The translations under genes were made by a program, and so were the position numbers. Positions 1 through 13,194 of a stretch of DNA of 64,000 nucleotides are shown here, piece after piece. Positions within the stretch are counted from its first letter, which is position 1. Each line of letters begins with the position of its first letter. The notes under the pieces were generated by a model, which did no database searches, was not told where the DNA came from, and saw only the letters and a list, made by a program, of their open reading frames with translations. Origin of the DNA: the human T2T-CHM13v2.0 reference genome, Homo sapiens; the NCBI RefSeq assembly GCF_009914755.1, contig NC_060936.1; one strand, written 5' to 3'.

Positions 1-124
1 AATCCTCGCACTTTTGGAGGCCAAGGCAGGAAAATTGCTTGAGCCCAGGAGTTCAAGACCAACCTAGGCAATATGGCAAGACCCTGCCTCAATTTTTTAA
101 ATAAAATTTTAAAAAAATTAAAAA
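1..124 (+). mobile_element. Alu left monomer/FLAM (cut by window edge)
   Basis: gaggccaaggcagga...gagcccaggagttcaagacc followed by A-rich tail. Confidence 0.85.
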
Positions 125-870
125 GAGCCAGTTTAGACCAAATATGTGTTCCAAGATCTACCATTTTTAGGTAATGCTGAATTTCAGCACTCTTTTATTA
201 GAATAGGGAATAGACCACAGTCTACAATCAGGTTATATATTTTAAAGCTGGAGATATAAGTTTTGATTCTACCTTGTTCAGTGATCTTAGGTAAGTAGTT
301 TAAACTATCTGAGTAAATTATACAATTTAAGTAAAAGTCAGCAGCATAAAAACACTGCAATTCTAAAGCTACTGAGGTTGCTTTAGAAACACAGTCCTCT
401 AAAACTGAGGGTCCTCTACCGTGTCTTCTCTGAAGTGGCTCTTTTACTGTCCAAGCCATTTTGAACATGTGGGTTCCAATATGCTTCAGTAGAAACCTTC
501 CTGTGAGGAAAGTAACCTTAACTCAGTTTTTTGCTAAGCTCTGTTACATGCTATATATGTATATATATATAGCATCTGATAGTTTCAAAAGTCTTAAGTA
601 CCTTTTTGTGTAACAGCTCAGGATTTTTAGATTCCCTCTTTATTGAAGATAAAGCCTTCAGCGTGAGTGAAAGGCACTGACCTGACTAGCAATTTGAGTA
701 GATACACAAAGCTGGACACTCAAAATTGTCTCTGTCTTCTGATACTGCCACACTGTAAAGGAAAACCCTAAGTACCCCAGCTCTCTCTTCTCTTAAGCCC
801 AGTGCGTCCCCAGGAAGCATCTTAGTCATGACACCCCTGGTGGTCCATCCTTCCAGCTTCCATACATGAA

Positions 871-1476
871 TAGTATATTCCTTCACTATTGCTGCTTTAA
901 CGAATTACCACAAATGAAGTGGCTTACGGCAACACCCAAGCATTATCTCACAGTTCTACAGGTCAGAATTCCAGGGGAGGCTCAGCTGGGTCCTCTGGTC
1001 AGAGGTCATCAAAGTGCTGGCTGGTCTGGACTCTTATCTGGAGGCTCTGGGGGAGACCCTGCTTCCATGCTTATTCAGATTGCCAGTATGGTGGGTCCTG
1101 TTGCCTTGCTGGCTGTGGGCCAGGGCTCATTTTCAGCTTCTGGAAGTTGCCAATTGTCCTTGGGGTTATGCTCCGCTCCTTCAAAGCCAGCAACAGAGCT
1201 TCAATTCCTTCTTACATTTCAAATCAATCGGATGTCTTCTGTTACATCTCTCTAACTTCCTGCCTTCTTCTTCTGCCTTATTCTTCTGGTTTGAGGGTTC
1301 ATGTGAATACATTGGGTCTACCCAGAAAATCCAAGAATCTCCTTATTTTAAGATTAAATAATTAGTAACTCTATTTATATCTGCAAAGTTCCCTTTGCCA
1401 TGTAAGATAATATATTCATGCTGCCAGGGATTAGGGGCTACAGAGTGTTCTTGGGGGCTTTAATTCTGCCTACCAC
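871..1476 (-). mobile_element. MaLR solo LTR (MLT1D/E-like)
   Basis: attgctgc...aattaccacaaa...tctcacagttct start and ttctgcctaccaca end, typical of MLT1. Confidence 0.7.
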
Positions 1477-1613
1477 AATCAGACATGTCTGAAACCAAGG
1501 CTTTCCAGCTGGGGCACCTGGTTCTTACAGCACTCAGTGAACCAGGGAGATGGTAGAAATCTTTATCTGCAAGTGTCCACCTAAAATCCATGAAGGATAC
1601 AACTTATTTGTTA

Positions 1614-1958
<345 letters not shown>

Positions 1959-3044
1959 TTACACTCTCCTATCCAATATCCTTTATCAAAAAATGTAGAA
2001 ATTCGTTTGATTTTATGAAAATTACAATTACAAGGTCAATATTCTGGGTAAGGCTTTATATATGTTTGACTTTGTGTGACAATGGATTACATGTGAGTTT
2101 TTGTGTCTTTTTGTGTATAAATATAGAGAAAGTCAATGTAACATAGTGGGAGTAGACAGATTAGACAAAGAGGCTTCTAAATTTTAGCATGAATTCTGCT
2201 ACAAACTACCTTGTGACTTTAAACAAGTCATTTAAAGAACTCTCTCATCCTAGTCTTTTCTATTGTAAAGTTGACTGTTTCATCATGTTGACATCCAGCT
2301 GAAGATTCTGTATCTCAAGTAGTTTATATTCATAATAAAGTAAAATGGCTCAGAAACCCAGATATCAACTCCTTAGAGCCATTTCTTCATAGAAGAGTTA
2401 AGGAGAATTTAATTTTTTATTACAATTTCAATGAAGTATTTTTCATTTCTTCCTAGAAAAATCACCAATTTTTGTTTCTCTTTCAAGTCATCTTGCTGTC
2501 AACAAAAGGAAAATTCACAAGTTTAAAATCTGTTCCTCAAGAAACACAGTGAAAGTTTAGTTTTAAAGAGGTTGAACATCTCAAGATTAATACACATTCT
2601 AATGCAAAACTGATTGTTATCAAAATGCCTTCCTAAGAAGGCAACATAAGCAGAACAAATCCTGCAAAAGATTTTACCCATCATATTTTTCCTGTGATGA
2701 ATTCTGGTACATCATCATTCTTCCTCTTAAATTCACAGCAAGTTCCCTTTGCTCCAGTTCACAGCATCTATTTTCCAGTACACCAGCAATTGCACAAAAC
2801 ATATTTTTAGTAAAACATGCATAATATGTGTTTTGGGTACAAGAACCAGCTCTTCTTTGTGGACTCAAAACCCCATCAGTTTCAACAACACTGACCTCAC
2901 CTAACAAAGTTACCTACAGTTAATGTGAAAAAATGTTTGTTGAAGGTAGTCAGTGTCCACATTAACAGAATCCAATTTTTTTCCCCTGAAAGAGATGCAT
3001 GGGTTCAGAAGCTCTTACATACCAAGTAATCTTACAAGCTTACA

Positions 3045-3415
3045 TTTTCTTTATTTTTATTAGTTTTTATATCCAAAATGTGTGTATGGGGATGGTTTCC
3101 TATTTATCTTGATTCATGGTGCTTTTAGTGTTGCTTCCATCTGAAGGAACATTCTTCTGTAAGCCTTGCTTTTCCTCCTGTTTGCTGACAGAGGACAGTG
3201 GAGCAGACGACCCACAAAACTACTATTTGTGCATGGCTAACAATCATGCTGATCTTATGGCATCCTGGGCATTTCACATCCATGAAGTAGGAATTGAGGC
3301 TCTGCACCAGGCCCTGCTTCTTGTCTTGCTTTCTCTCCATTTCTGGAGAACAATGAAGGAGAGCCTTCCCAAGAGGCATGCTCTCCTGGGGAGGTCATCA
3401 CTGCCAGAAAAAAAA
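3045..3415 (-). pseudogene. RPS27 (eS27) processed pseudogene, full length
   Basis: ORF 3125..3379 aligns to RPS27 without introns ([25 protein letters not shown]). It has a TOP-like 5'UTR remnant, RPS27-like 3'UTR and A-rich tail. TSD acaagcttaca (3034-3044) / acgagcttaca (3416-3426). Confidence 0.92.
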
Positions 3416-3894
3416 ACGAGCTTACAACTTCTGTCACTTGCTTTCACTTCAATCTCTTTAAGTGTCTTTAAATGACACTTAGTTGTGTTTAGTTGAATTA
3501 GTACAATTAATTTCTTAAAAAGTTGTATGCACTTGCTAGTAATTGCTGCTGATATTCAAAGAGTTTATTAACCTCATAAGTAAGGCAAAAAAAAGCACAG
3601 CACCCCTAATTTGTATTGTGTGTTTTATTTCCATATGACATACACAGACTATTTCTATTACGGTTATGTGAATATATTTCAAAAAGCAGAAACCATCTCT
3701 AGTTCTGATAGCACTCAAAGCACAGGACCTTGCACACTGTGGTTGCTCAATAAATATTTTTGCATAATTTATTAATCAAATTCATGAAATTCCATAGAGC
3801 ATATAGCAAAGTAGAGAACAGTCCAGTTCTAACTAATGCTAATTAGTACCAAAGCAGCATGTTCTCTTCTGTTCTGGGACCACATTTTCAATCA

Positions 3895-4051
3895 ATTTTT
3901 ATTAAAAAATTTAAAAAATTGTATTAAGGTACAATTTACATACAATTAAACACACTCATTTTAAGGGTTGATGAGTTTTGACAAATGCATACATCTAAGC
4001 ATAACTCACCAATATAATCAAGATATGTATGCATATATACATTTATGTATA

Positions 4052-4084
<33 letters not shown>

Positions 4085-6105
4085 GTTACACAAATGTATA
4101 TAGAGGGTGATCATTGGGGAATTATGGGTGTTGATTTGGGAGGCTATTTTTGGAGTGCAGATCTATGAGTTTTAAGACCAGTATAGACTTATGTCAACAT
4201 CTTCACAACCAAGATACTGAACAATTCCATTATCCCAAAAAAATTCCCTCATGCTACCCATTTGTGGTCAAGCACTTCCCAGACTCCTACACCCTGTCAA
4301 CCACTGGTCTGTTCTCTGTTCTGATAGTTTTGCCTTGTGCAGAATGTCATTTTGATTCAATCATACAGTATAACCTTTTGAGACTGGCTTCTTTCACTCA
4401 GCATAATGCTTCTGAGATTTACTCATGTGTGTGCATCAATAGTTCATTCCTTTTTATTGTGACGTTGTATTCTATTATATGGGTATAACACAGTTTATAC
4501 ATTCACCCACTGAAAGGCATTTGGGTTCTGCCCAGTATTTGGCAATAAAATAATAAAACTGCTATAAACCTCTTTGTACAGTTTTGTGTGTGAACATAAG
4601 TTTTCATTGCTCTGGGATAAATACATAGGTATAAAATTTCTGGGTCATATTGTAAATGTATGTTTCAATTTATAAGAAACTGACAAACTATTTTCTATCT
4701 TGTATTTTGCATTTCCAACAGTAATATATGAGAGTTCCAGTTACTCCACTTCCTAGCACTTGGTATTGTTTGGGATGGTTTTCAATTCATTAATTGTGGT
4801 TTTAATTTGCATTTCCCTAATGGCTAATGATGTTGAGCATCTTTCACATACTTATTTGCCATCTATATGTCTTATTCAATGACTGTTCAAATTACTTGCC
4901 CATTTTTTAATTGGCATTTGTTTTCTTATCATTGAATTTTGGGAGTTTTTTAAATATATTCTGGATACATTGTTTTATTATATCTATGATTTGTGAATTT
5001 TTTTCCCAGTCTGTAGCTTGTCTTATTCTCCTAATGGTGTCTTTTGCAGAGCAAATGTTTTTAATTTGTATGAAGCCCCATTTATCAATGTTTTTTGGAG
5101 ATTATGCTTTTGATGTCATATCTAATAACTTTTTGCCAAACCCAAGGTCAACCAGATTTTCTTCTATATTTACTTCTAAAACCTTTATAATTTTACATTT
5201 AGATCTACAATCTACTTCAAGTTAACTTTGGTATAAGGTATAAAAATTAGGACTTTTTTGGATATGGATGTGCAATTATTCCAACATCATTTGTTGAAAG
5301 AAAATACTCTTCATTGAATTGCTTTTGCACCTTTGTCAAAGTCAATTAACTATCTCATTATGCACCTACTTTTGGGCTCTATTCTGTTTCACTGATCTAC
5401 GGGCCTACTGTTTCACAAATATCATACTGCCTTGATTACTGTGACTTCATCAGAAGTCTTAAAATCAAATATGGTACTTCCTCAAACTTTTTTTTTTCTT
5501 CAAAATTGTTTTGGCTATTACAGTTCCTTTGTCTTTTTATGTAACTTTAAAACAAGCTTGTCTGTTTCTACAGAATATCCTGCTTGGATTTTTATTTGAA
5601 TTTATTAAAATCTATATATCAATTAGGGAATGATTGATATGTTAATTAAGTCTTTCAATCCATGAACAGAGTTATCACTCTTCATTTATTTATTTAGGTC
5701 TTTCATTTTTGTTTTGTTCTTTAGTGTTTTTTATTTTTATTTTTTCTTTGAGACAGGGTCTGGCTGTGTCACCAAGGCTGGAGTGCAATGACACAATCAC
5801 AGCTCACTGCAACCTTAGCCTCCCAAACTCAAACCATCCCCCTATCTCAGCATCCTGAGTAGCCGGGACTACAGGCGTGCACCACTACGCTTGGCTAATT
5901 TTTGTATTTTTGGTAGAGACGGGGTTTCACCATGTTGCCCAGGCAGGTAGTGTTTTCTTTAGTGCTCAGCATACATATCCTGGATACTTTTAAGTTAGAG
6001 TTATACTTAAATTCTTTCTTTTTGAGGGGACAGGGAACTATTATAAATTGTATAGTTATTAATATTTTTTCCATTTACAACCATACATTGCTAGTGTATA
6101 GAAAT
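3895..6105 (-). mobile_element. Old L1M 3' region/ORF2 remnant, with (TA)n at about 4060-4084
   Basis: L1M-type phrases (ttttgacaaatg, ttgcatttccctaatggctaatgatgttgagcatcttt, ttgttgaaa); degenerate. Confidence 0.75.
5727..5947 (-). mobile_element. 5'-truncated AluJ
   Basis: Right arm plus part of left arm; flanking tagtgtttt duplication. Confidence 0.85.
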
Positions 6106-6109
6106 ATGG

Positions 6110-6392
6110 GACTGGCCACAGTGGCTTATACCTGTAATCCCAGCACTTTGGGAGGCCGAGATAAGAGGATCACTTGAGCCCAGGAGTTCGAGACCAGCCT
6201 GGGCAACAAAACAAGGCCCCCATCTCTTCAAAAAATTTTAAAAATTAGCTGGGCATAGTGGCATGCACCTGTAGTCCCAGCTACTCAGGAGGCTGGGGCA
6301 AGAAGATCATTTGAGCCCAGAAGTTCTTGGGTCCAGTGAGCTATGATCATGCCACTGCACTCTAGCCTGGGTGACAGAGTGAGATACTGTCA
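6110..6392 (+). mobile_element. AluJ
   Basis: Full dimer whose tail has expanded into a GA-rich tract. Confidence 0.92.
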
Positions 6393-6441
6393 AGAAAGGA
6401 AAAAGAGAGACAGAGGGGAAAAGAAAGAAAGAAAGAAAGAG

Positions 6442-6512
<71 letters not shown>

Positions 6513-6689
6513 GAGAAAGAAAGAGAAAGAAAGAAAGAAAGAAGGAAAAAGAAAGAAAGAAAGAAAGAAAAGAAAGAAAGTGAGAGAGAGAGAAAGAGAC
6601 AGAAAGAGAAAGAGAAATAAAGAAAGAGAGAAAGAGAAAGGAAAAGAAAAGAAAAGGAAGGAAGGAAGGGGAAGGAAGGAAGGAGAAGG

Positions 6690-6736
<47 letters not shown>

Positions 6737-6847
6737 AGCAGAAAGAAAGAAAGGAAGGAAGGAGAGAGAAAGAAAGAGAGAGGAAGGAAGGAAAAGAGAA
6801 CAGAAAAGAAGAAAGGAGGAAAGGAAAGGAAAGAAGGAAAAGAAAAA
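6393..6847 (+). repeat. (GAAA)n / GA-rich polypurine tract
   Basis: About 450 nt of nearly pure purine. Confidence 0.97.
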
Positions 6848-7327
6848 TGAGATGCCACATTTTGTAGTGAAACTTTTTCAGAGGAAAGTATAGAATGGTG
6901 ATCAGACTCAAAACCACACCACTTAAAGCAATTGGAGAAATTTTAGCTCATACAGGAGACTCAGGGAGATAAAATAGACTATCATGGGTGGCTTCAAATA
7001 TTTGAAATACTGTGAGTAACTTTACGAGTTATATATGTATTTTAGGAAGATAAAGTCCCAATGAAGTTTAACATTAATAGGAGATTAATAAGAAAATAAG
7101 AACTTCAACAACCTAATATTTTAAAAGATCAATCTGTCAAAAACTGAAACTCTCAGAAAATATGAGCTGTGAACATCTTGTCAGACTTTTCCATCAGAAA
7201 TCAGTCAACAATTAAACAGCCTACACTAACGAATCTGTACTTATGCATTATTATTTATAAAGTCTTTCATATGGACTTGGTATTCTTCAAAAGGAATCTT
7301 AATGCTGGGAAGACAGAATCAGAAACT

Positions 7328-7810
7328 GTGAAGGGTCTGAGGTTTTACCTTACTTGTAAGCTAATAAATCAGCCTGCCACAGTTCCACAGATGCTGGCAG
7401 AAGACCCAAGACTCCTGGGTCAAAGACCAAGGCACAGCAAGTAGCCTAAGGATCATGTTTCATGCCAGTTCCCCTTGCCTCTACCTCTGCCAGGCAAGCC
7501 AGAGGGCTCCAAGTGGATGCTGCTCACGCAGTGGGTTTGCCTCACAGCTGAGGATCCTTGAGCTTGGGAAACCCAAATCTTTTATGATGGGCAGTAAGCC
7601 TGCTTGAACTTTTCGCCCCGAAGAAAATCATTCTTTATGATACTGGGCAGTAAATAACCTTGCTTTTTTTTCTCCAGAGGAAGACACTACCTCCATCTTC
7701 CAAGGCTCTTTGCTAACAAACATCCTTGAGAAAACAGTCCAGAACAAAGATGGCCCAACGCCTTTCCTCACAAGACATACAGAAACATGACAGACCCATG
7801 GAAAATTGTT
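7328..7810 (-). mobile_element. ERVL-type solo LTR (LTR40a-like)
   Basis: Reverse complement ccatgggtctgtcatgtttctg...ctttgttctggac...ccttggaagat resembles the recalled LTR40a consensus. Confidence 0.6.
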
Positions 7811-7811
7811 G

Positions 7812-7950
7812 AAAGAGAAGAAGGAAGGAAAACAGGGAGGGAGGGAGGGAGGGAGGGAGGGAGGGAGGGAGGGAGGAAGGAAGGAAGGAAGGAAGGAAGG
7901 AACAAAAGAAGGAAGGAAGGGGAAAAAAGGATGAAAGGAAGGAAGGAAGG
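7812..7950 (+). repeat. (GGGA)10(GGAA)7 compound microsatellite in polypurine tract
   Basis: GGGA x10 at 7835-7874, GGAA x7 at 7875-7902. Confidence 0.95.
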
Positions 7951-8851
7951 GTTTACAGCAGTGGAAAGTTTTTATATACACATGCCAAAGGGAAAAAATT
8001 ACCTCTAGAAATAAACATTGCCTAAATTGAACTTGTTCATATGTATAGAATAGAATTGATGTGAGACCAGACAGCAATATAGCACAGATCTGTTTATGTA
8101 TCTGAACAGAAAAATAATAATAGAGAATAGGTTATTCAATGAATGGTTGCTGAAGATACATTTATCTTCAGCTCCATGAACAAGTTCAAACCAGATTATA
8201 TTATCTCAGATATACACAGTAATAGGGGTCCCCCCTCCCTCTCTGGCTTTTGCAAAAAATGGCAATACAATTGTCCTAAAATCTTTGTAAGATCCAAGCT
8301 TGATTCTAAACAGCCTTTATACAGGCAAGACTGGGCATATTTTAAGGCCTGATGGAAATAAAACTAAAGAGATCTATTTAGGATGAAAAATGAGCAGAGG
8401 ATAAAGGAGCTGTATATAAGCAGCACTGTTGACAATATTTTGCATAGTTAGTGGATACCATACCAGCAATATTGGCAGTGGCAAGAGACCCTTGGCACCA
8501 ATATTAATATTAATATTAGTACCACTTGTATCAATATGGCAGGGAAGTGTCAGTGTAGACCTCTCCCAGCAGCAGTAATGAAGGCAACTTCACTGAGCTT
8601 TACCTAGGTGTTTCATACAGAAGACGAAGATGGCACCACGGCAAACCAAGGTGAAGGAGGAGGTGAATAACAAAGGCTACGGGGGAAGAGATATTTGTAG
8701 CAGGAATATCAAGGAGGAGACAAGCGTTCATGCAAAGTGATAGTGGCAGAGCCAAGAAATCTTTCTTTTTTAAAATTGTTATTATTAATTCACTTTGCCC
8801 ACTTGATTGGTGTAACCTGAGAAACATGGTTTACTTATGAAAGAGTGACCT

Positions 8852-9167
8852 TGGCTAGGCATGTAGCTCACATTTATAATCGCAGCACTTTGGGAGGCTG
8901 AGGTGGGAGGACTGCATGAGCCCAGAAGCTCAAGACCAGCCTAAGCAACATAGAGAGACCCCATCTCTTAAAAAAAAAAATTTAACTAGCTGGACATGGT
9001 GGCACTTGCCTATAGTCCCAGCTACTCAAGAGGCTGAGGTGGGAGGATTGCCTGAGCCCAGGAAGTCAAGGCTGCAGTGAGCCATGATCACACCACTGCA
9101 CTACAGCCTGGATAACAGAACAAGACCCGGTCTCAAAATTAAAATTAAAATTAAATTAAATTAAAAA
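8852..9167 (+). mobile_element. AluJ
   Basis: Full dimer with (aaatt)n tail. Confidence 0.92.
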
Positions 9168-9907
9168 ATGACCTCACAAAAAAAAGAATTTAAAAAAAGG
9201 GACATCATTTGTGAACACAGGTATCCTTAATAACAAACCTAGAATCAACCTTATAACATTCTTTTTTTAACCTGCAAGCAAACATCTCCAATTCACAGAT
9301 ACATAAGCATACAATTTTTATGTGTAATATAATTTTTTAGTAATGTGTACATTTATATTAGCATATATCAGAAATCTCTAATATAAAGATAGTGGTATGC
9401 ATGTGGTTAAAATTCTACCTACAGCTCCCTCCTCTGTTCACTTTCTTTAAATGCAGTTTTTAAAAACTGCATTTTGGAATAATTCATCTTGACAGTATTG
9501 TTTTATCCAAAAATTTTCAGTGATTTTTTTTTTGGACAGTGCCACCTTTATTAACCTTTCTCTTTTGCTGACTCAAGAAGCTACGATGTCAGAGCAAGGA
9601 GCACAAAATCTACTACAAAATGTATTTAAATTTCCCACATCAAAACCCCCAACATTTATTTGAATCATAGATAAATTTCAAGCCTATACTATTTTTGTTT
9701 AAACTAGAAAATTGGGTCATATGATTCAGATATCATTTGTTCAGGCTGACTGTGTGACATGTTTTGCACATAGCTACATACATACTTGGGACATGAATTA
9801 TGCCAACTGTTGTTCAAACGTTACCCATAGTAACTTTTAAGACAATAAGCAAGGAGAGTCCGGTCTGAAGCTATTGAGTTGGCTGTGCGGGTATTACCAC
9901 AGTGTCA

Positions 9908-10168
<261 letters not shown>

Positions 10169-10619
10169 TCCCAAAAAGAAAAAATGAATTAAAAAAAAAG
10201 AAAGAAAACTAATTTGAGCAGGAACTCTGTTTTGCTCACAGCAGGTGCCCCATGACTAAAAATAGTAATGAGCACATAATCATTGTTTGATAAATGTTTG
10301 TTGAATGAATAAATGAATGATTAAGACCATACAGCAGATTCCCACTGCCTTCAGGGTACAGACAAAACTCTTAATTATTGAATACTTGGTTTGCAAGGGC
10401 CTCTGTAACTCTGTCTCTTGAAGGTACCACTAATTTCTGTCCTGGAAAGTAAAATGGCTTTGCTCCACACAGTTCTTGGACATTCCAGAAACACATCTAC
10501 AATCTCTTGCTTGGTTACTAAAATAGATAGGTCACCACATTGTGAGTAGATTTTACCATATTAATTTTCTGTTAGCAAACTCATTCATAAGCTCTTGTCA
10601 GGCTTCTCCAAATATCATC

Positions 10620-11020
10620 ATATCAGGCAGGGGAAGCTAAGTAAGGCTGAGGTAACAAGTAATCCTAAAATCTTAGTGGCCCATAAAAACAGAGGTTAAT
10701 TTTTCTTGTTTGTGGCATATGTCGATGGCTGATCAGCAGGACGGCTCTGTTCATAATAGAGACACTTAGTGCAGCAGCACCCAGCTGAGGGAACAGAAAC
10801 CATCTAGAAAGTAGCAATCACAGTGACCTGTGGGCAAGAGTATGGCAGAGTATGTGCAGGCTCCTGAAGCTCTGCCGGTAGTGCCACATGGATGCTTCCG
10901 CTCAAAATTTCATTAGCCAAAGCAAGTCATGTGGCCACGCCTGAGATCAAGCAATAGGGCAAGCATGTGTAATTCTCCTGTGAGCAGGCGACACAAATAT
11001 TGTGAACAGTAACACGTCCT
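10620..11020. mobile_element. Ancient MaLR LTR (MLT1J/K-like)
   Basis: gtaacaa...aaatcttagtggc and cattagccaaagcaagtcatgtggcc motifs. Confidence 0.5.
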
Positions 11021-11532
11021 ACCCCTGCCGATACACTGCATCATGTCAAGTCAGTAATTTCGTGGCATCTGGTTCTAAACCCATATTATCCTCACAAAGA
11101 GTAGGAAGAAAAAGATCAAAATATACCATTTTGTTTTTATTTTGACAATTAGAGAAATATGAGCTAAATGTTATTTTCATTAAAACACAACTTACAAAAA
11201 CTATTCAAGAATTTAAAGTTTCAGAGTTCCTTCCAAGTTATTGGAGAAGACAAAAGTAAATTAAACTTAAACTTATGTAGCAAAATATCAAAAACAAAAG
11301 AAAGAGCAAGGATACATAAAAAATATGAAGCTTAGCAAAAACTAGTGATTACATGTAGCAATTACAACCTCAAACACAAAAGGTATAAAATCTCATAATG
11401 AAAGGCAAATACTAGTTAAAGAGTAAGAACCAACCATGTGCTGCTTGAGAGACAAATCTAAAGTAAAATAAAACCAAAAAAACATAAAAATAAAGGAATG
11501 GAAGATCCAATTTGTAAACACAAACAGAAAGC

Positions 11533-11875
11533 TGTCATAATCTGTTTGGACTGCTATAACAAACCACAATATACTGGGTAGCTTAAATAATCAATGTTTA
11601 TTTCCCAGTTCTAAAGGCTGAGAAGTCCAAGATCAAGGTAACAGCAGATTCAGTGTCTGGGGAGAGACAACTTCTTGATTGAGATAGCCATCTTTTCAGA
11701 AGGGATGGGGGAGCTCTCTAAGGTCTTTGTCATAAGGGCACTAATTCCATTTATAAGGGCCTAACCCTCATGACCTAATCACCTTCTAAAGGCCCGACCT
11801 CCTAATACCATCATATTGGAGATTAGGATTTCAACATATAAATTCTGTGAAGACACAAACATTCAGTCTATCACA
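11533..11875 (-). mobile_element. MLT1A-like solo LTR inserted in old L1
   Basis: TG...CA termini with 5-bp TSD AAAGC (11528-11532 / 11876-11880). Confidence 0.8.
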
Positions 11876-13194
11876 AAAGCCAACAGGGAAATATTAATTC
11901 AGGTAGAGTTTAAATCAAAAAGAATTAAATGGAATAAATGGGGTAATATTACAATAAGAAAAATAAAAATTCACAATGGAGAGAAAATAGTTATTAACTA
12001 ATACATATCAAGTATGTCCCTTACAGAACAGGAGATATAACTTCAGGCCTGTGTGAAGCAAGGGAGTAGAAGTGAACCTCTTGCATAATATCTAGAATAT
12101 CAGTTTATCCCACTCATGAAAAATGGGGAATTCTTCCAAGAGCACTAGGAGGATATAAATTAGTTTGTGAGCTGCTCAGAAACTTGGAAGAAAATAAAAC
12201 CCACCTAGAAAAATAGAAAGACCTGTTTAGATTAAGAATCAAAACCTAAGAAAAATATTAAAATTAATCCAGGTAAATAAATTATAGTACCTTCCCATAT
12301 TGAAATATTATACAGCTATGAGAATGATGATCAACACCACCACACACAAATACAGATGAACCTCACAAGTTCAATGTGGAATGAATGAAGCTATTCAGAA
12401 AACCACATGATCGACAATGTTCAAAGGCAGTATGGTGATTACTCTTGTGCAGTGTGAAGGTGGTATTGGCTGAAGGGAATCTCAGTGGGGCTTCTGAGGA
12501 GCTGGTGATATTCTATTTCTTGATGTAGGTGCAAGTCACAGAACAGTGTTCACTTTGTGAAAATGCATTAAGCTCTACATTTATATTGTCCTTTTCCATA
12601 TGGATATTACATTTTATACTTTAGTAAATATGCATATTATATGTTATACTTCAGTTTTAAAAAAAAAGAGAAAAACTGGTGCTGATCTATTGAAACTCAA
12701 TGAAAAACGAAACCCACTCTCTGGAGACACTTTCACAGCTCAGGGCAATTTTCATTTGTCCTAAATCCAGGACAAATGAAACTCTCTCAGGAAAAAAAAA
12801 CCATCTTTACCAATGATGAACTCACAAGGAAAAAAATACCAACATTCAAATATGAAAAACACCAACAGCAGTATTGATAAAACAGTACTGTGCAAACAAA
12901 TTTTTTTATGTTTTTAGGTCCCAAAAAGAACACCAGAAAAACCTGTTGATCAATCAAAACTAAGTTTATTAGGTTTCCTAAAATAACAAAGGACACAAAC
13001 TTGATAGTCTGAGTAGGGTCTCAGATGAGGAAAATCAAGACAGGATTACTCACAGTATTTGAGGGTCTGGGCAAGATGATTTTAAGGTAGGTCTTGAGAG
13101 CAGGAAACTGGTTGGGCTTGGGTAGAATTCATGGCATAACAGCTTTGGATAATCAAACAGTGAGACTAGGATAATGAGGCAAGTTCTTGATAAG

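Noticed and set aside
866-1365. Three overlapping + strand ORFs of 115-148 aa
   Set aside because: They lie inside an MLT1 LTR and show no protein similarity I can recognise.
6307-6917. 174-183 aa ORFs (K/E/R-rich or F/L/S-rich), plus similar ORFs at 7628-8077, 15672-16079 and 54305-54809
   Set aside because: These are translations of stop-free GA/TC microsatellites, not genes.
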